A stretch of 64,000 bases of DNA, from assembly GCA_965248925.1 (NCBI GenBank), contig CBDFLE010000005.1:1472001-1536000 (forward strand), in the 5' to 3' direction. Position 1 is the stretch's first letter. Each line of letters begins with the position of its first letter. The position numbers were made by a program, and so were the translations under genes. Under the pieces are notes generated by a model. That model saw nothing but the letters and a program-made list of their open reading frames with translations, was not told where the DNA came from and did no database searches. The stretch comes from Candidatus Multivoradales bacterium (lineage in GTDB: Bacteria; Acidobacteriota; Thermoanaerobaculia; Multivoradales; J023). Of this stretch, positions 17,206-27,893 are shown piece by piece.

Positions 17206-18747
17206 ATGAGCGCAGCAAATTCTTCGTCCCATGACATCGGCCAAATCCTCGCTAGCCTCGGCATCGAGAGCGAGAACTCGGGAGCCTTCGACGGCTCCTG
17301 GCTGGAAGCCCAAGGCGAGCTTCTGACCTCCTACAACCCTGCTACCGGCGAGGCCCTGGCCAGCGTTCGTCAAGCCACCGCGGCCGACTACGAGAAGATC
17401 GCCACCACCACCCACCAGGCGTTCCTCGACTGGCGCACTTGGCCGGCACCGAAGCGGGGCGAAGTGGTGCGCCAACTGGCCATGGGCCTGCGCGAGCACA
17501 AAGATGCGTTGGGCGCCCTAGTGGCCCTGGAAATGGGCAAGATCCTCAGTGAAGGCCTGGGTGAAGTGCAGGAGATGATCGACATGGCCGATCTGGCAGT
17601 GGGCATGTCGCGCCAGCTCTACGGTCTGACAATGCACTCCGAGCGTCCCCAGCACCGCATGTACGAGCAGTGGCATCCCCTCGGCATGGTGGGCATCGTC
17701 ACCGCTTTCAACTTCCCTGTCGCGGTGTGGGCCTGGAACTCCACCGTTGCTGCAGTGTGCGGCAATTCGATGATTTGGAAGCCTTCTTCCCAGACCCCGC
17801 TGACCGCGGTGGCGGTGACCAAGATCGCCCAGCGGGTGCTCGAACGTTGCGCCGCGCCGCCGATCTTTGGCTTGGCGATTGGCGACCGGCATGCGGTGGG
17901 CGGCCCGCTGGTGGCCGACCGGCGGGTGCCGCTGATCTCGGCCACCGGCTCGACCCGCATGGGTCAGAACATCGGCCAGGTAGTCTCCGCCCGTCTCGGC
18001 CGCTCGCTGCTCGAACTCGGCGGCAACAACGGCATCATCGTCTCGGCCAAGGCCGACCTCGACCTGACCTTCCGCGCCATCCTCTTCGCCGCCGTCGGCA
18101 CCGCCGGCCAGCGCTGTACTACCACCCGCCGGCTCTTCCTCGAACGTTCGATCGCCGCCGAGATGAAAGCAAAGCTGATCGCCGCCTACAAGTCGGTGCG
18201 TATCGGCGATCCGATGGATGCCAAGACCCTGATGGGACCGTTGATCAACGGCGGCGCCGTCGACGACATGATGAAAGCCCTCGACATCGCCCGCCAGCAA
18301 GGTGGCGAAGTGCTCTGCGGCGGCCGAGCCCTCGATCGCCCCGGTCACTTCGTCGAGCCTACCCTGGTGAGTGCTGGCGAGCACCTACCGATCGCTTGTG
18401 ACGAGACCTTCGCGCCGATTCTTTATATTTTCGAGTACGACGATCTCGACGAGGTCATCGCCTTACACAACAGCGTGCCCCAAGGACTCTCCTCGTCGAT
18501 CTTCACCCTCGACATGCGCGAAGCCGAACGCTTCCTCGCTACCACCGGCAGTGACTGCGGTATCGCCAACGTCAACATCGGCACCTCCGGCGCCGAGATT
18601 GGCGGCGCCTTCGGTGGTGAGAAAGAAACCGGTGGCGGCCGCGAGGCGGGCTCGGACGCCTGGAAGATTTACATGCGGCGGCAGACCTGCACCATCAACT
18701 GGTCCACTGAGCTACCGTTGGCCCAGGGGGTGGAATTCGATCTCTAG
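17206..18747 (+). CDS. Aldehyde dehydrogenase family 7 (piperideine-6-carboxylate / aminoadipate-semialdehyde dehydrogenase type)
   Basis: GEVQEMID, GLTMHSERP, AFNFPVAVW, LELGGNN, GTAGQRCT, GTSGAEIGGAFGGEKETG; AAGGAG RBS before ATG 17206. Confidence 0.93.
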   Translation: MSAANSSSHDIGQILASLGIESENSGAFDGSWLEAQGELLTSYNPATGEALASVRQATAADYEKIATTTHQAFLDWRTWPAPKRGEVVRQLAMGLREHKDALGALVALEMGKILSEGLGEVQEMIDMADLAVGMSRQLYGLTMHSERPQHRMYEQWHPLGMVGIVTAFNFPVAVWAWNSTVAAVCGNSMIWKPSSQTPLTAVAVTKIAQRVLERCAAPPIFGLAIGDRHAVGGPLVADRRVPLISATGSTRMGQNIGQVVSARLGRSLLELGGNNGIIVSAKADLDLTFRAILFAAVGTAGQRCTTTRRLFLERSIAAEMKAKLIAAYKSVRIGDPMDAKTLMGPLINGGAVDDMMKALDIARQQGGEVLCGGRALDRPGHFVEPTLVSAGEHLPIACDETFAPILYIFEYDDLDEVIALHNSVPQGLSSSIFTLDMREAERFLATTGSDCGIANVNIGTSGAEIGGAFGGEKETGGGREAGSDAWKIYMRRQTCTINWSTELPLAQGVEFDL

Positions 18748-18794
18748 AGATCGATAGGTTATTCGGCATGGCAAGAAACGTGAGAGGAAAGACC

Positions 18795-19544
18795 ATGAAG
18801 ATAGAGATGAAGACAGCTAGTGCCCGATCATTGTTTCTTGCCCCTCTGCTGTCGCTGTTGTTGGGACTGGGTTGCGCCACGGCGCCAGCAGCAACGGAAG
18901 GCGGAGACCCGGCCGCCGCCAGCAGCAAAACTGAGAACAGCGCAGGAAGCAATAATAGCCAGCCGCAGGCCAGCGCCGAAGTTGCATCGGCGGCTGACTG
19001 CGCTGGCGGCATGGTGCCCGACGATGGCAGCGCCGAGACCGGATATAGCTTCGTACCGAGCGCCAAATGGGGCATCTACGTCCAGCGCATCCACACTCTG
19101 GATTTATCCTCGCGCGAACTAGATCAGGTCTGCGTCTGCTGGCTGCGCACTCGGGACGATGGCGAGATCGACTTCGAAGTAGTTTTCTTCGCCGCCAACC
19201 CACAGGGCCGTCCAGTGGCCGAGCCCTACGCCACCGTCGCCGCCCACGCCGCTGAGGTGCCCAAGGGTAAAGAAAACGCTGGCCGCCTGTGGTCGGTCGA
19301 CGTCTCCGGGATCACCGTGCCCGAAGGCATGTCCTTCGTCGGTGTGCGCTGGGATCCGGGGGCCGACTCCTTCTTCTTCGTCTGCGCCGACCACAGCGAC
19401 GGTGACTCGATACATCAGGTTTACTATCAGGACGATCGCTCGAAGGGCTCGTGGCAAGATGCACTTAATACTCGCGACCCAATCTTCCGCGACCATCGAG
19501 CAATTCTGGTGCGGACTTTGGCCAAGGAGGAGGCCGCGCCTTGA
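18795..19544 (+). CDS. Hypothetical lipoprotein
   Basis: Lipobox LGLGC after a hydrophobic stretch; low-complexity linker; globular domain beginning DDGSAETGY. Confidence 0.7.
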   Translation: MKIEMKTASARSLFLAPLLSLLLGLGCATAPAATEGGDPAAASSKTENSAGSNNSQPQASAEVASAADCAGGMVPDDGSAETGYSFVPSAKWGIYVQRIHTLDLSSRELDQVCVCWLRTRDDGEIDFEVVFFAANPQGRPVAEPYATVAAHAAEVPKGKENAGRLWSVDVSGITVPEGMSFVGVRWDPGADSFFFVCADHSDGDSIHQVYYQDDRSKGSWQDALNTRDPIFRDHRAILVRTLAKEEAAP

Positions 19545-22500
19545 AGGTAGTACGACTTAGTCTCCTTGCCCTGCTTCTCTGCTGGCCTTTGCAGGGCGCG
19601 GTCGAGGTTTGGCCGCTGCGAAAGGTCGACAGCCAACCGCTGGCCCTCGACTCGCAACTCCTCTTTGGAGCTGAGCCCGACCTGCTGTGGATTCTCGACC
19701 GTGAGGCAGCCGAGGTAGCGGTCTACCGCATCGCCGCGCTGGCCACGGCCTCTACTCTCGGACCGGACAGCCCGCCTCGCCAGCCCCCCTTCCCCCGCCT
19801 CCTTGGTAGTTGGCCCCTGCCTGACCAGGTCCAAGTGAGCACCGGCAAGGAATCTACTCCTGCCAACACCTATGTGCTGGCACCGCTCGATCGGCACGAG
19901 ACTTGGCTGATCAACATTACCGAGAGTTTGCTCTGGCGGCTTGATCGAGGCACCTGGCACGGCCCCTGGCAAAGCTCCGAATCGTTGACTGCCAAAACCG
20001 TTGCAGCCCTTGCTCCCGGCCAGCTCGCCATACAAAACACTGGCGCGGGAGGCGGTATTTCGGTGATCGACAAGCACGGCCGGGTTCCCCGCCGCTTTGC
20101 CCAAGAGATGCCCTCGACACCTCCCAGGTCCATCGCCCTAAGTCTCAAACGAAATGACTGGCTGCTGGCCAAGGGAGCGGATGGCAGCCTGCTGGTGGCC
20201 GAGGCTTGCGGGGCATGGTTGCGCCGCTTTGAGCCGGACGGCCGACTGCGCTGGCAGCGACAACTGGACGGTCCGCCAGCAGACCGGATCTTTCGCCGCG
20301 CGGCTGACGGCCAGTTGGTTCCCCGCCACGACCCGCTGTGCGAAGACGGGCCATTGATCACTCACCTACAAGCCTTCGGTGAGGGTCTGGCCTTGCGTTT
20401 TCGCGCTGAACCGAATCTGGAGCGCCTGGACCCCGCTGGCTATTGGCTGGAGAGCCTACCTCTCAGTGATGACGCGGAAGACGTTGCAGCCAAGCAGCTC
20501 TGGGACAGCGACAGCCAGGTTTTCTTTCTGCACCAAGGCACAGTGAAGCGCTTCTTCCGCGGCCGCCGCCCGCTTCAAGGTCGGGTCTTGGCCGCGGGTG
20601 GCGGGCGGGCTGAGGGGGCTCTCGTGCTCCCCCCACTTGGCGAATTGCCGCCGATGAAAACGGACAAATACGGCAGCTTCCAGCTCTTAGGGCTGGAACC
20701 CACCGAGACCACCCATCTCAGAACTGTGGCAGGTGGATTCGAGCAACGCCGCCTGGTCGGTGTGCCTTTGGACTTGCTCTCTCGGGTGATCTTCCTACAA
20801 CCAGCGCCAGAGCAGTGCGTTTGGGTTTACAACCGGTATTCCAGCGAACCCATCGCCCATTTTGAGATCTCCGTGCAGCCGGAGACCGAACGGGCTGGCA
20901 ATGCGACTTGGTCCCACCGGCAGACTCAAACCTTCGACAGCAAAGACGGTCGTGGGTGTCTGCGCCCTCCCTTCCCTCTGCCCTGGCAGCTGCGAGTGAG
21001 TGCTCAAGGATACGCTGCTCGGCAGCTTGCACTCACCGAGAGAGGAGATCTCGAAGTGGACCTGGAGCCGGAAGCCAGACTTGAGGTGCGGGTTGTCAGC
21101 AGCGAAGAACCGATCGCGAGCTGCCGAGTCTCCGCAACCCTGACCGACGCCGGCTTCGAGACCTCGGAACTCTTAGAGGTCCACCAAGAGGTAGTGACGA
21201 ATACGGTTGGGATCGCCCAACTTGAGAGCCTCGAAGCAGGCAGATATCAAGTCGAAGCTCGCCAATTGGGTTTCGAGCCCTGGCGCAAGAGGATTGAGTT
21301 GAGCCCTGGCGACAACCAGTTGACCGTCGATCTCATGCCTGGCGGAACGGTGGTGGTCAACGTGAGATCTAGCTCAGGGCAACCAATCTCTGAGGCTCGA
21401 GTGCGGTCAATTCCGCTAGCCCACGAAGTCCCCGGCCGGCACCGCTGCATCACTGATTCCGTGGGTCAATGCTACATCAACGGTCTACCATCCGGGGGTT
21501 TCCGCGCCGAGGCCGATGCGGATGGATTTGCTGCCGGGTTCGAAACTTTCTCCATCAGCCCCGGCGCATCAGAGCCGATGGTGGTCGAGGTCGTGCTGGA
21601 GAACTCTGTGCGGCTGGTTGGCAAGATCTTAGGGGTAGAGAATTACCCTGGCACGCCCTTGCGGTTGTCGGCGGCCGCGCCAGGGGTGCCACTCGAAACC
21701 GCGACGGTAGATGCGGCCGGCGACTTCACTTTCGCCAGCCTGCCCGTGGGACCCGTGCGGCTGCATGTTCTCCAGACCGAGAGTGGCGGCCTGCTGGTCG
21801 AGAGGATCGAGCTGCCCTTTGGCGTCGAGGAGCATCGGGTAACCCTGGAGCTGCCTTGGCCGAACCAGGTCACCGGCTGGATCACCGACTCGGGCAACGC
21901 CTGTACCGGCTGCATGCTGATCTTTGAGCAGCTGGGCGGGCAGCAGAGCTTGGCGAAACGCCGTGCCAGCACCGGCTCAGAAGGCTACTACTCTCTCGAC
22001 TTACCGGCGACCGGGCTCTTCCGGGTGACGGTCAGTAACCCGGCAAGCGGCGGCCAGCTGGTCGAAGTGCGCCAGGTGACGAGTGGGGCGCAACTGGATT
22101 TCGACTTGGCCGGGGCCAGTCTCTCGGGGGTCGTGCGCCACGCCGACGGCAACCCGGCGGCCGGAGCGAAAGTGCGCATCGATCTGCTGACCCACGAACT
22201 CGGGGCGGTACAGGGCCGGCAGACGGCCACGGATTCCTTTGGCAGGTTTGCGATCAGCGGTCTGACGGCGGGCCGGATCGCGGTCAGCGCCTCTCTGCGC
22301 CATAGCCTGGCTGCGGACCAGCTGGCTCTCTCGGCCGGCGAGCAGGCATACCTGGAGCTGCGACTACCCACTTCTCCAGGACTCACTCTGCGAGTCTTTG
22401 ACGGCGAGTCAGGGCAGACGATCGAGCGCATCGCGGTGCGTGCCTGGAGCAGCGATGGCGGGGTGTTCTTGAATTCCTCCCTCGCCGCCGACAGTGAGGG

Positions 22501-22882
22501 CCTGCATCACCTGCCAGCGCCGGGTGACGGAGAGATCCAAGCCGTCGTCGAGGCCCGCGGCTTCACCCGCCGCCAGTTGGCCATCTCGGCCGACCTACAG
22601 CAGCCCATCGAGCTGCCGTTGGACCGGCGCTACCGTAATCTGCAAGTCCAGATTTCCGCAAAGTCGCCGCAGCCGTGCTGGTTCGAACTCAGCGCCAACG
22701 GCCTGCCGGTGGCCTTGGCCGTCAACCTTCCGCCGGGCAGGGTGCCCCTGCGCCAGCGCTCGGCCAACTACTCTCTCCTCGAAGGCGGGGTCTACTCCGC
22801 ACGGCTGGAGTTTTGCGACGGGCAAGTCGCGGCGCAGCAGGTTGTGATCGCGGCAGGCGGCAACAACGTGGTCCGTTTCTGA
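19541..22882 (+). CDS. Large secreted protein with carboxypeptidase-regulatory-like (transthyretin/Cna-B-like) repeats
   Basis: Signal peptide; repeated G.V.....P...A.V / TD..G.F.I.GL..G units; start overlaps the lipoprotein stop. Confidence 0.72.
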   Translation: MKVVRLSLLALLLCWPLQGAVEVWPLRKVDSQPLALDSQLLFGAEPDLLWILDREAAEVAVYRIAALATASTLGPDSPPRQPPFPRLLGSWPLPDQVQVSTGKESTPANTYVLAPLDRHETWLINITESLLWRLDRGTWHGPWQSSESLTAKTVAALAPGQLAIQNTGAGGGISVIDKHGRVPRRFAQEMPSTPPRSIALSLKRNDWLLAKGADGSLLVAEACGAWLRRFEPDGRLRWQRQLDGPPADRIFRRAADGQLVPRHDPLCEDGPLITHLQAFGEGLALRFRAEPNLERLDPAGYWLESLPLSDDAEDVAAKQLWDSDSQVFFLHQGTVKRFFRGRRPLQGRVLAAGGGRAEGALVLPPLGELPPMKTDKYGSFQLLGLEPTETTHLRTVAGGFEQRRLVGVPLDLLSRVIFLQPAPEQCVWVYNRYSSEPIAHFEISVQPETERAGNATWSHRQTQTFDSKDGRGCLRPPFPLPWQLRVSAQGYAARQLALTERGDLEVDLEPEARLEVRVVSSEEPIASCRVSATLTDAGFETSELLEVHQEVVTNTVGIAQLESLEAGRYQVEARQLGFEPWRKRIELSPGDNQLTVDLMPGGTVVVNVRSSSGQPISEARVRSIPLAHEVPGRHRCITDSVGQCYINGLPSGGFRAEADADGFAAGFETFSISPGASEPMVVEVVLENSVRLVGKILGVENYPGTPLRLSAAAPGVPLETATVDAAGDFTFASLPVGPVRLHVLQTESGGLLVERIELPFGVEEHRVTLELPWPNQVTGWITDSGNACTGCMLIFEQLGGQQSLAKRRASTGSEGYYSLDLPATGLFRVTVSNPASGGQLVEVRQVTSGAQLDFDLAGASLSGVVRHADGNPAAGAKVRIDLLTHELGAVQGRQTATDSFGRFAISGLTAGRIAVSASLRHSLAADQLALSAGEQAYLELRLPTSPGLTLRVFDGESGQTIERIAVRAWSSDGGVFLNSSLAADSEGLHHLPAPGDGEIQAVVEARGFTRRQLAISADLQQPIELPLDRRYRNLQVQISAKSPQPCWFELSANGLPVALAVNLPPGRVPLRQRSANYSLLEGGVYSARLEFCDGQVAAQQVVIAAGGNNVVRF

Positions 22883-22888
22883 GCCGGC

Positions 22889-24271
22889 TCAGGTCTGCCG
22901 CGCGGCAACCAGTAGCCGCGCGGCCAGGCGCCGACTGACTTTGCCGGCAGCGGTCTGGGGCAGCTCGGCAACCCACTGGATCCGCCGTGGCTGCTTGAAC
23001 GCGGCCAGGCGGTGGCGCAGATGCTGGCGCAGCTGCTCTTCGGCTAGCGGGTCGGCATTGGCCACCAGCAGAGCCTCTACTCGCTGCCCCCATTCGCTGT
23101 CGTCGACGCCACAGACCACCGCCGCCGCGATGCCGGGGTGCTCCAGCAAAGCTGCTTCAATTTCCTCGGGGTGGATGTTCTCACCGCCGCTAATGATGAC
23201 ATCGTCCAAACGACCCAGGACGTGCAAGCCGCCATTCGAGTCGAGGCGGCCTGCGTCGGCGGTGATCAGCCAGCCGTCGTCAGAAAATGGCCGCGCGCCG
23301 CTGGGGAAGTAAGCGGTCATCAGGCTGTCGCCGCGGACCTCGATGCGGTTGCACGGCCCCAGGCGCAGCTCGGTACCGGCCAGCGGTGGACCACAGCCTC
23401 CGGTCTCACTCAGAGGTTCGCTGAGACGCTCTGTCGCCACCTGCGAACAGGTCTCGGTAGAGCCGTAAGTCGCCAATACAGGCCAGCCCACTTGGCGCGC
23501 CTCGGCCATCAGCGAAGCCGGCGCGGCGGCGCCACCCACCAGTACTGCGCGCAGGCTTGGGGCCGGTACCAGCGCAGGCCGCTGGCGCAGCAGTCGGTAG
23601 AGCATCGTCGGCACTAGCGAGGCCAAGGTGATCCCCTGGCGGACTAGACTCGCGGCGAAGGTGGCCGGCTCGAAGGATCCCGGCTGAGCTAGCACGACCG
23701 TCCGGCGAGCAATCAGACAGCGGGTCAGAACCGACAAACCGCCGACGTGGGCCAAAGGCAAAGCGAGCAGCCAACGGTCCTGGTCTTGCCAGCCCAGATT
23801 GGCGGCGCTGGCGGCTGCGGCGGCGACAAAAGCTCGGCGGCTGAGTTCCACCCCCCGTGGCCGGCCACTGCTCCCTGAGGTGTAGACCACCGCCAGGCAG
23901 GCTTCCCTTTCCGGGTCCGACGGCGCTGCCAGAGTCTCGCCCAAGAGCGGCTGCTCCGCACTTTCGATCAGCAGGCTCGGCTTGCCTTCTTGCACCGCCC
24001 GTCGACGCTCAGCGGCGCTCCAGCGAGGATGGAGCAAGAGCACCGGCGCAGCGAGTTCGAAGAGGGCGAAAAGCTGCACCACAGTCGCCAAGTTGAGGTG
24101 GCCAACTAACGCAACCCGAGGCTTCTCCACCCCCGCCAGGCGGCTGGCCAACTGCCGAGCCGCCGCGCTGACCCACGGTCGCAACTGGTCGAAGGTGTAG
24201 CCTTGCTTACCATCGACCACCGCAATCCGCCGTGGAAATTCCTCGGCAGCGGCCAGCAGCGACAGGTTCAT
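22889..24271 (-). CDS. menE: o-succinylbenzoate--CoA ligase
   Basis: [49 protein letters not shown]; ATG 24271 overlaps the menC stop; men operon context. Confidence 0.9.
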   Translation of the reverse strand: MNLSLLAAAEEFPRRIAVVDGKQGYTFDQLRPWVSAAARQLASRLAGVEKPRVALVGHLNLATVVQLFALFELAAPVLLLHPRWSAAERRRAVQEGKPSLLIESAEQPLLGETLAAPSDPEREACLAVVYTSGSSGRPRGVELSRRAFVAAAAASAANLGWQDQDRWLLALPLAHVGGLSVLTRCLIARRTVVLAQPGSFEPATFAASLVRQGITLASLVPTMLYRLLRQRPALVPAPSLRAVLVGGAAAPASLMAEARQVGWPVLATYGSTETCSQVATERLSEPLSETGGCGPPLAGTELRLGPCNRIEVRGDSLMTAYFPSGARPFSDDGWLITADAGRLDSNGGLHVLGRLDDVIISGGENIHPEEIEAALLEHPGIAAAVVCGVDDSEWGQRVEALLVANADPLAEEQLRQHLRHRLAAFKQPRRIQWVAELPQTAAGKVSRRLAARLLVAARQT

Positions 24272-25341
24272 GGCGGCTCCTTCGGCGGCTCCAAGCCGAG
24301 ACCGAAACCGGTTGCCGAACGCTCGAATGCCGGCCAAACGCCCAACCCCGGATGTACATCGAGCCCACAAGCCAGCCGCGGCGATGGTAAAGCCTGGGCC
24401 AAAGCGCCGGCCGCCGCCAGCGCCACCGGGCCGTCAAAGAGATGGGTCACCAGCACTCCCACTCCTCGCTCAGTCGCCTGGTGAGCCAGATCCAAGCATT
24501 TCAACGAACCACCCAGGGCCATCGGCTTGAGCACGATGGCGCGCAGCAAGGCGCGGTCGATCAAAGGCTGCAATTCCTGCCAGCCGCGCGGGCGTTGCAG
24601 GGTCTCGTCGGCAGCCAGCGGGATCGGTGAACGCTCGATCGCCGCTAGCGCCAGCCCGCTCAGCGGTTCCTCGATCAGCTGTGGTGAGCACCGCGCCAAC
24701 TGCTCCAGGCAGCGATCGATATCGTTCGCTGCCAGTTGGCCGTTGGCATCGAGTCGCAGGGCAAGATCGTTACCGAATTCGGTTCGCAAGAGAGCCAGAA
24801 TCTCCAGCTCTTGCTCGAAGCGGCCGGCGCGGCCGACTTTGACCTTCAGCGTGCGTGCTCCGCGGGCCAACGTCGCACGAGCTTCGCTCAACGCCGCCTC
24901 GGGCTCGGTCGCCATCACGAGGCCGGCCAGCGGTGGCGGCGCAGACTCCGGCCCCGCACCGAGTAACCCAGCAAGAGGCTGCCGAAGTCTTTGACCCAGC
25001 AGATCGAGCACAGCGGTTTCGACCGCGAAACGAGCAGCCGGCGCCAGCGGCGGCAGACCTCCTAGCCAGCTTTCGACATCCTCTAGCGATCGACCTGCCA
25101 GGCGCAGCGGCAACCGGCGTAAGCACTGTCCGAGAACCTCGCCGGTCTCCTCTAAGGTGTCGGGAGAGTATCCAGGCAAGGGAGAGGCTTCTCCCAAGCC
25201 GATCGCACCGCTTTCATCGACCAAGCGCAGCAACCAGCCACCACGCTCGGGCCATCTGTGCCGTGCATTGCCCGCACTGGACGCCAACCGACCCCCGTGC
25301 AGATCCAGCCGTCCATCGACGATGCGCGGCGCACGCTCCAT
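24268..25341 (-). CDS. menC: o-succinylbenzoate synthase
   Basis: GEASPLPG, KVKVG, LRLDAN, IEEP, ADE, LKPMALGG (enolase superfamily). Confidence 0.9.
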   Translation of the reverse strand: MERAPRIVDGRLDLHGGRLASSAGNARHRWPERGGWLLRLVDESGAIGLGEASPLPGYSPDTLEETGEVLGQCLRRLPLRLAGRSLEDVESWLGGLPPLAPAARFAVETAVLDLLGQRLRQPLAGLLGAGPESAPPPLAGLVMATEPEAALSEARATLARGARTLKVKVGRAGRFEQELEILALLRTEFGNDLALRLDANGQLAANDIDRCLEQLARCSPQLIEEPLSGLALAAIERSPIPLAADETLQRPRGWQELQPLIDRALLRAIVLKPMALGGSLKCLDLAHQATERGVGVLVTHLFDGPVALAAAGALAQALPSPRLACGLDVHPGLGVWPAFERSATGFGLGLEPPKEPP

Positions 25342-25342
25342 C

Positions 25343-26260
25343 TCAACCAGCCAGCACCAAGCCGATGGCCAACAAGCCGGCGAATTGCACCATTAACCTC
25401 GCTGTCGACGCCAGCACCGGATTGAGCGCCTTCCCCTCGGCGCGCACCGCCCGCAGCAGCTGTCCGGCCAACGGTAAGCTCAGCCAGGGCAGCAAGATCC
25501 ACGGCCCCCGCCCCTCGATCAGCAAGCACAGCGGCACCAAATAGGCGGTCGCCAACAACCCCAGGTACTCGAATTCGGCGCCCCGGCGACCCCAACGCAC
25601 CGCCAGGGTGCGCTTGCCGACCGCAGCGTCGGTGTGGCGGTCGCGCAGGTTGTTGACCACCAAGATGGCGGTGGCCAGCGAACCCATCGCCAGCCCTCCC
25701 CAAAGGGCCAGCGCCGGCACCCGACCAAGATTGAGAAAGGTGGTGCCAGCGACCGCGATGAAGCCGAAGAAGATCATCACGAAGATATCGCCCAGGCCGT
25801 GGTAACCCAGCGGCCAGGGGCCACCGGTGTAGGCCATGGCGGCCAGGATCGAAACCACGCCGATGGCGATGATCGGCCAGCCAGTGGCCCAGGCCAGGTA
25901 AGCCCCGGTCAGCGTCGCCAGGACAAAAGCCATCACCATCCCGAGGCGCGCCTGGCGGGAACTCAGCAAGCCGGCCTGCACTGCGCGCAAGGGTCCGAGC
26001 CGGTCGCTGGTATCCGCCCCCTTCTCAAAATCGAAGACATCGTTGGCGAAGTTGGCGCCGATCTGCAAGAAAATTGAGCCCAACATGGCCGCCATCGTTG
26101 GCCCGAGGCGAAAACCACCGAGGGACTGGGCCGCCGCCGCCCCCACCACCACCGGCGCCACCGCCGCCCACAGCGTGGCGGGCCGGCAAGCCAGCAGCCA
26201 GGCAGCCGGCGAACCCGGTCTGATGGTGGGTGGCTCGGTGGCAGACGCTGGCGAAGTCAT
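25343..26260 (-). CDS. menA: 1,4-dihydroxy-2-naphthoate polyprenyltransferase
   Basis: [38 protein letters not shown]...[10 protein letters not shown]. Confidence 0.95.
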   Translation of the reverse strand: MTSPASATEPPTIRPGSPAAWLLACRPATLWAAVAPVVVGAAAAQSLGGFRLGPTMAAMLGSIFLQIGANFANDVFDFEKGADTSDRLGPLRAVQAGLLSSRQARLGMVMAFVLATLTGAYLAWATGWPIIAIGVVSILAAMAYTGGPWPLGYHGLGDIFVMIFFGFIAVAGTTFLNLGRVPALALWGGLAMGSLATAILVVNNLRDRHTDAAVGKRTLAVRWGRRGAEFEYLGLLATAYLVPLCLLIEGRGPWILLPWLSLPLAGQLLRAVRAEGKALNPVLASTARLMVQFAGLLAIGLVLAG

Positions 26261-27129
26261 GGAAAGCGCTGAAACTTGGCAAAGTTTGGCGGTCGCTTCT
26301 CTAAGAAAGCATTCTTGCCTTCCTGGCCTTCAGCGGTTTGGTAGAACAGCAAAGTCGCGCTGCCAGCCAACTCCTGCAAGCCGGCCTGGCCATCACAATC
26401 GGCATTCAAGGCGGCCTTCAAGAAACGCAGCGCGGTAGGGCTGTGACATAAGATTTCGCGGCACCATTGCAAGGTCTCGCTCTCGAGTTCGGCCAGCTCG
26501 ACCACGGCGTTGACCAACCCCCAGTCCAGCGCCGTCACGGCATTATAAAGTCGGCATAGGAACCACACCTCGCGAGCTCGTTTCTGACCGATGATCCGCG
26601 CCATGTAGGCCGAGCCATAGCCGCCATCGAAGCTGCCCACCCTGGGACCGGTCTGACCGAATTGAGCATTGTCGGCGGCGATGGTCAGATCGCACATCAT
26701 ATGCAGAATTTGACCGCCACCAACGGCATAGCCCGCCACCATGGCGATCACCGGCTTCGGCAGGGTGCGAATCTGGCGCTGCACATCAAGAATATTTAAC
26801 CGCGGGATACCGTCACCACCGACATAGCCGCCAGCGCCGCGAACCTTCTGATCGCCGCCGGCGCAAAATGCATCGGGCCCCTCGCCAGTGAGGATAATCA
26901 CTCCGACCTCGGCATCGTCGCGGGCCAGGTCGAAAGCGGTTTTCAACGAGGTCACGGTTTCGGGACGAAAGGCGTTGCGCACCCGCGGCCGATCGATGGT
27001 GATCTTGACGATCGCCTCGGGGGAGCCGTCGGCATTGATCGCCCGTTCGTAGCGTAGGTCTTCGAGTTCGGCGACCGGCTGCCAGGTAACAGCTGCCCGC
27101 AAGTCTTGGTTGGGTTCTAGGTCTGGCAT
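26257..27129 (-). CDS. menB: 1,4-dihydroxy-2-naphthoyl-CoA synthase
   Basis: [37 protein letters not shown]. Confidence 0.97.
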   Translation of the reverse strand: MPDLEPNQDLRAAVTWQPVAELEDLRYERAINADGSPEAIVKITIDRPRVRNAFRPETVTSLKTAFDLARDDAEVGVIILTGEGPDAFCAGGDQKVRGAGGYVGGDGIPRLNILDVQRQIRTLPKPVIAMVAGYAVGGGQILHMMCDLTIAADNAQFGQTGPRVGSFDGGYGSAYMARIIGQKRAREVWFLCRLYNAVTALDWGLVNAVVELAELESETLQWCREILCHSPTALRFLKAALNADCDGQAGLQELAGSATLLFYQTAEGQEGKNAFLEKRPPNFAKFQRFP

Positions 27130-27893
27130 TTCAGCAACTCCTCGACGATCGCCGCGGCCACCCGCGACGGTTGTTCCAGGATCAAGTTGTGCCCCGCCGC
27201 GGGCACCATTTGGTAGGTCCCCCGCAACAGGCTCGGCAACATCTCACTCGCCACACGGCGAAACTTCGTATCTCGTTCACCGACCATCAATCGTATCGGC
27301 AGTCGTAGCTCAGCCAGCCGATTGACAAAGCTGGGCATCGATCCCAGGCCGAGCTGCCGCAGCGCCACAGCCAGGCCGGCGGCACTGTGCCGCTGCCGCC
27401 ACCGGCGTTGGCTGGCCAGCGCTGGCGCCTTCACCGTCGCCTGGCTGGCGAATAGTGGCAGGGCTTGCCAATAATCGAGAAAAGCCGGCAAGCCCTGCTG
27501 CTCTAATCTGGCCACCAAGAGCCGCTCAGCTCGCTCCCTCTGCTCGCGCTCAGCCGGGTCAGTGAGGCCAGGATGCACCCCGATCAACAACACGCCAGCC
27601 AGCGACCGGGGGCGTTCGAGGGCCAACCCCAAAGCGAGCCTCGCGCCCAGCGAATAACCCACCAGATAGGCTTTTTCTCGTCCGCCACGCCGACGATCGA
27701 TCCAATCCGCCAAGCGACTGACCTCGGCCTCGAAACCACCCCCGCTGCTAGCACCCTCATCGCCAGGTCCACCAGCATGACCGAGCAGCTCCGGGCAGTG
27801 CATTTCCACCCCCGCTGGCAGCCGCGCCGAAACCTCGTCCCAAGCTGCCGCCGCGCCGGTAAAACCGTGCAGACCTACCACCGTGGCGGCCAT
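27117..27893 (-). CDS. menH: SHCHC synthase (alpha/beta hydrolase)
   Basis: [26 protein letters not shown]; ATG 27893 overlaps the menD stop (TGATG). Confidence 0.88.
   Translation of the reverse strand: MAATVVGLHGFTGAAAAWDEVSARLPAGVEMHCPELLGHAGGPGDEGASSGGGFEAEVSRLADWIDRRRGGREKAYLVGYSLGARLALGLALERPRSLAGVLLIGVHPGLTDPAEREQRERAERLLVARLEQQGLPAFLDYWQALPLFASQATVKAPALASQRRWRQRHSAAGLAVALRQLGLGSMPSFVNRLAELRLPIRLMVGERDTKFRRVASEMLPSLLRGTYQMVPAAGHNLILEQPSRVAAAIVEELLKCQT

Noticed and set aside
17206-18747. ALDH7 as pipecolate supplier for NRPS module 6
   Set aside because: About 17 kb outside the cluster among housekeeping genes, and it is a catabolic enzyme type.
22879-22892. Palindrome CTGAGCCGGCTCAG joining two convergent stop codons as a REP-like element
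   Set aside because: Short and loopless, partly forced by the two TGA codons; similar sites at ~8433 and ~11281 are too degenerate.
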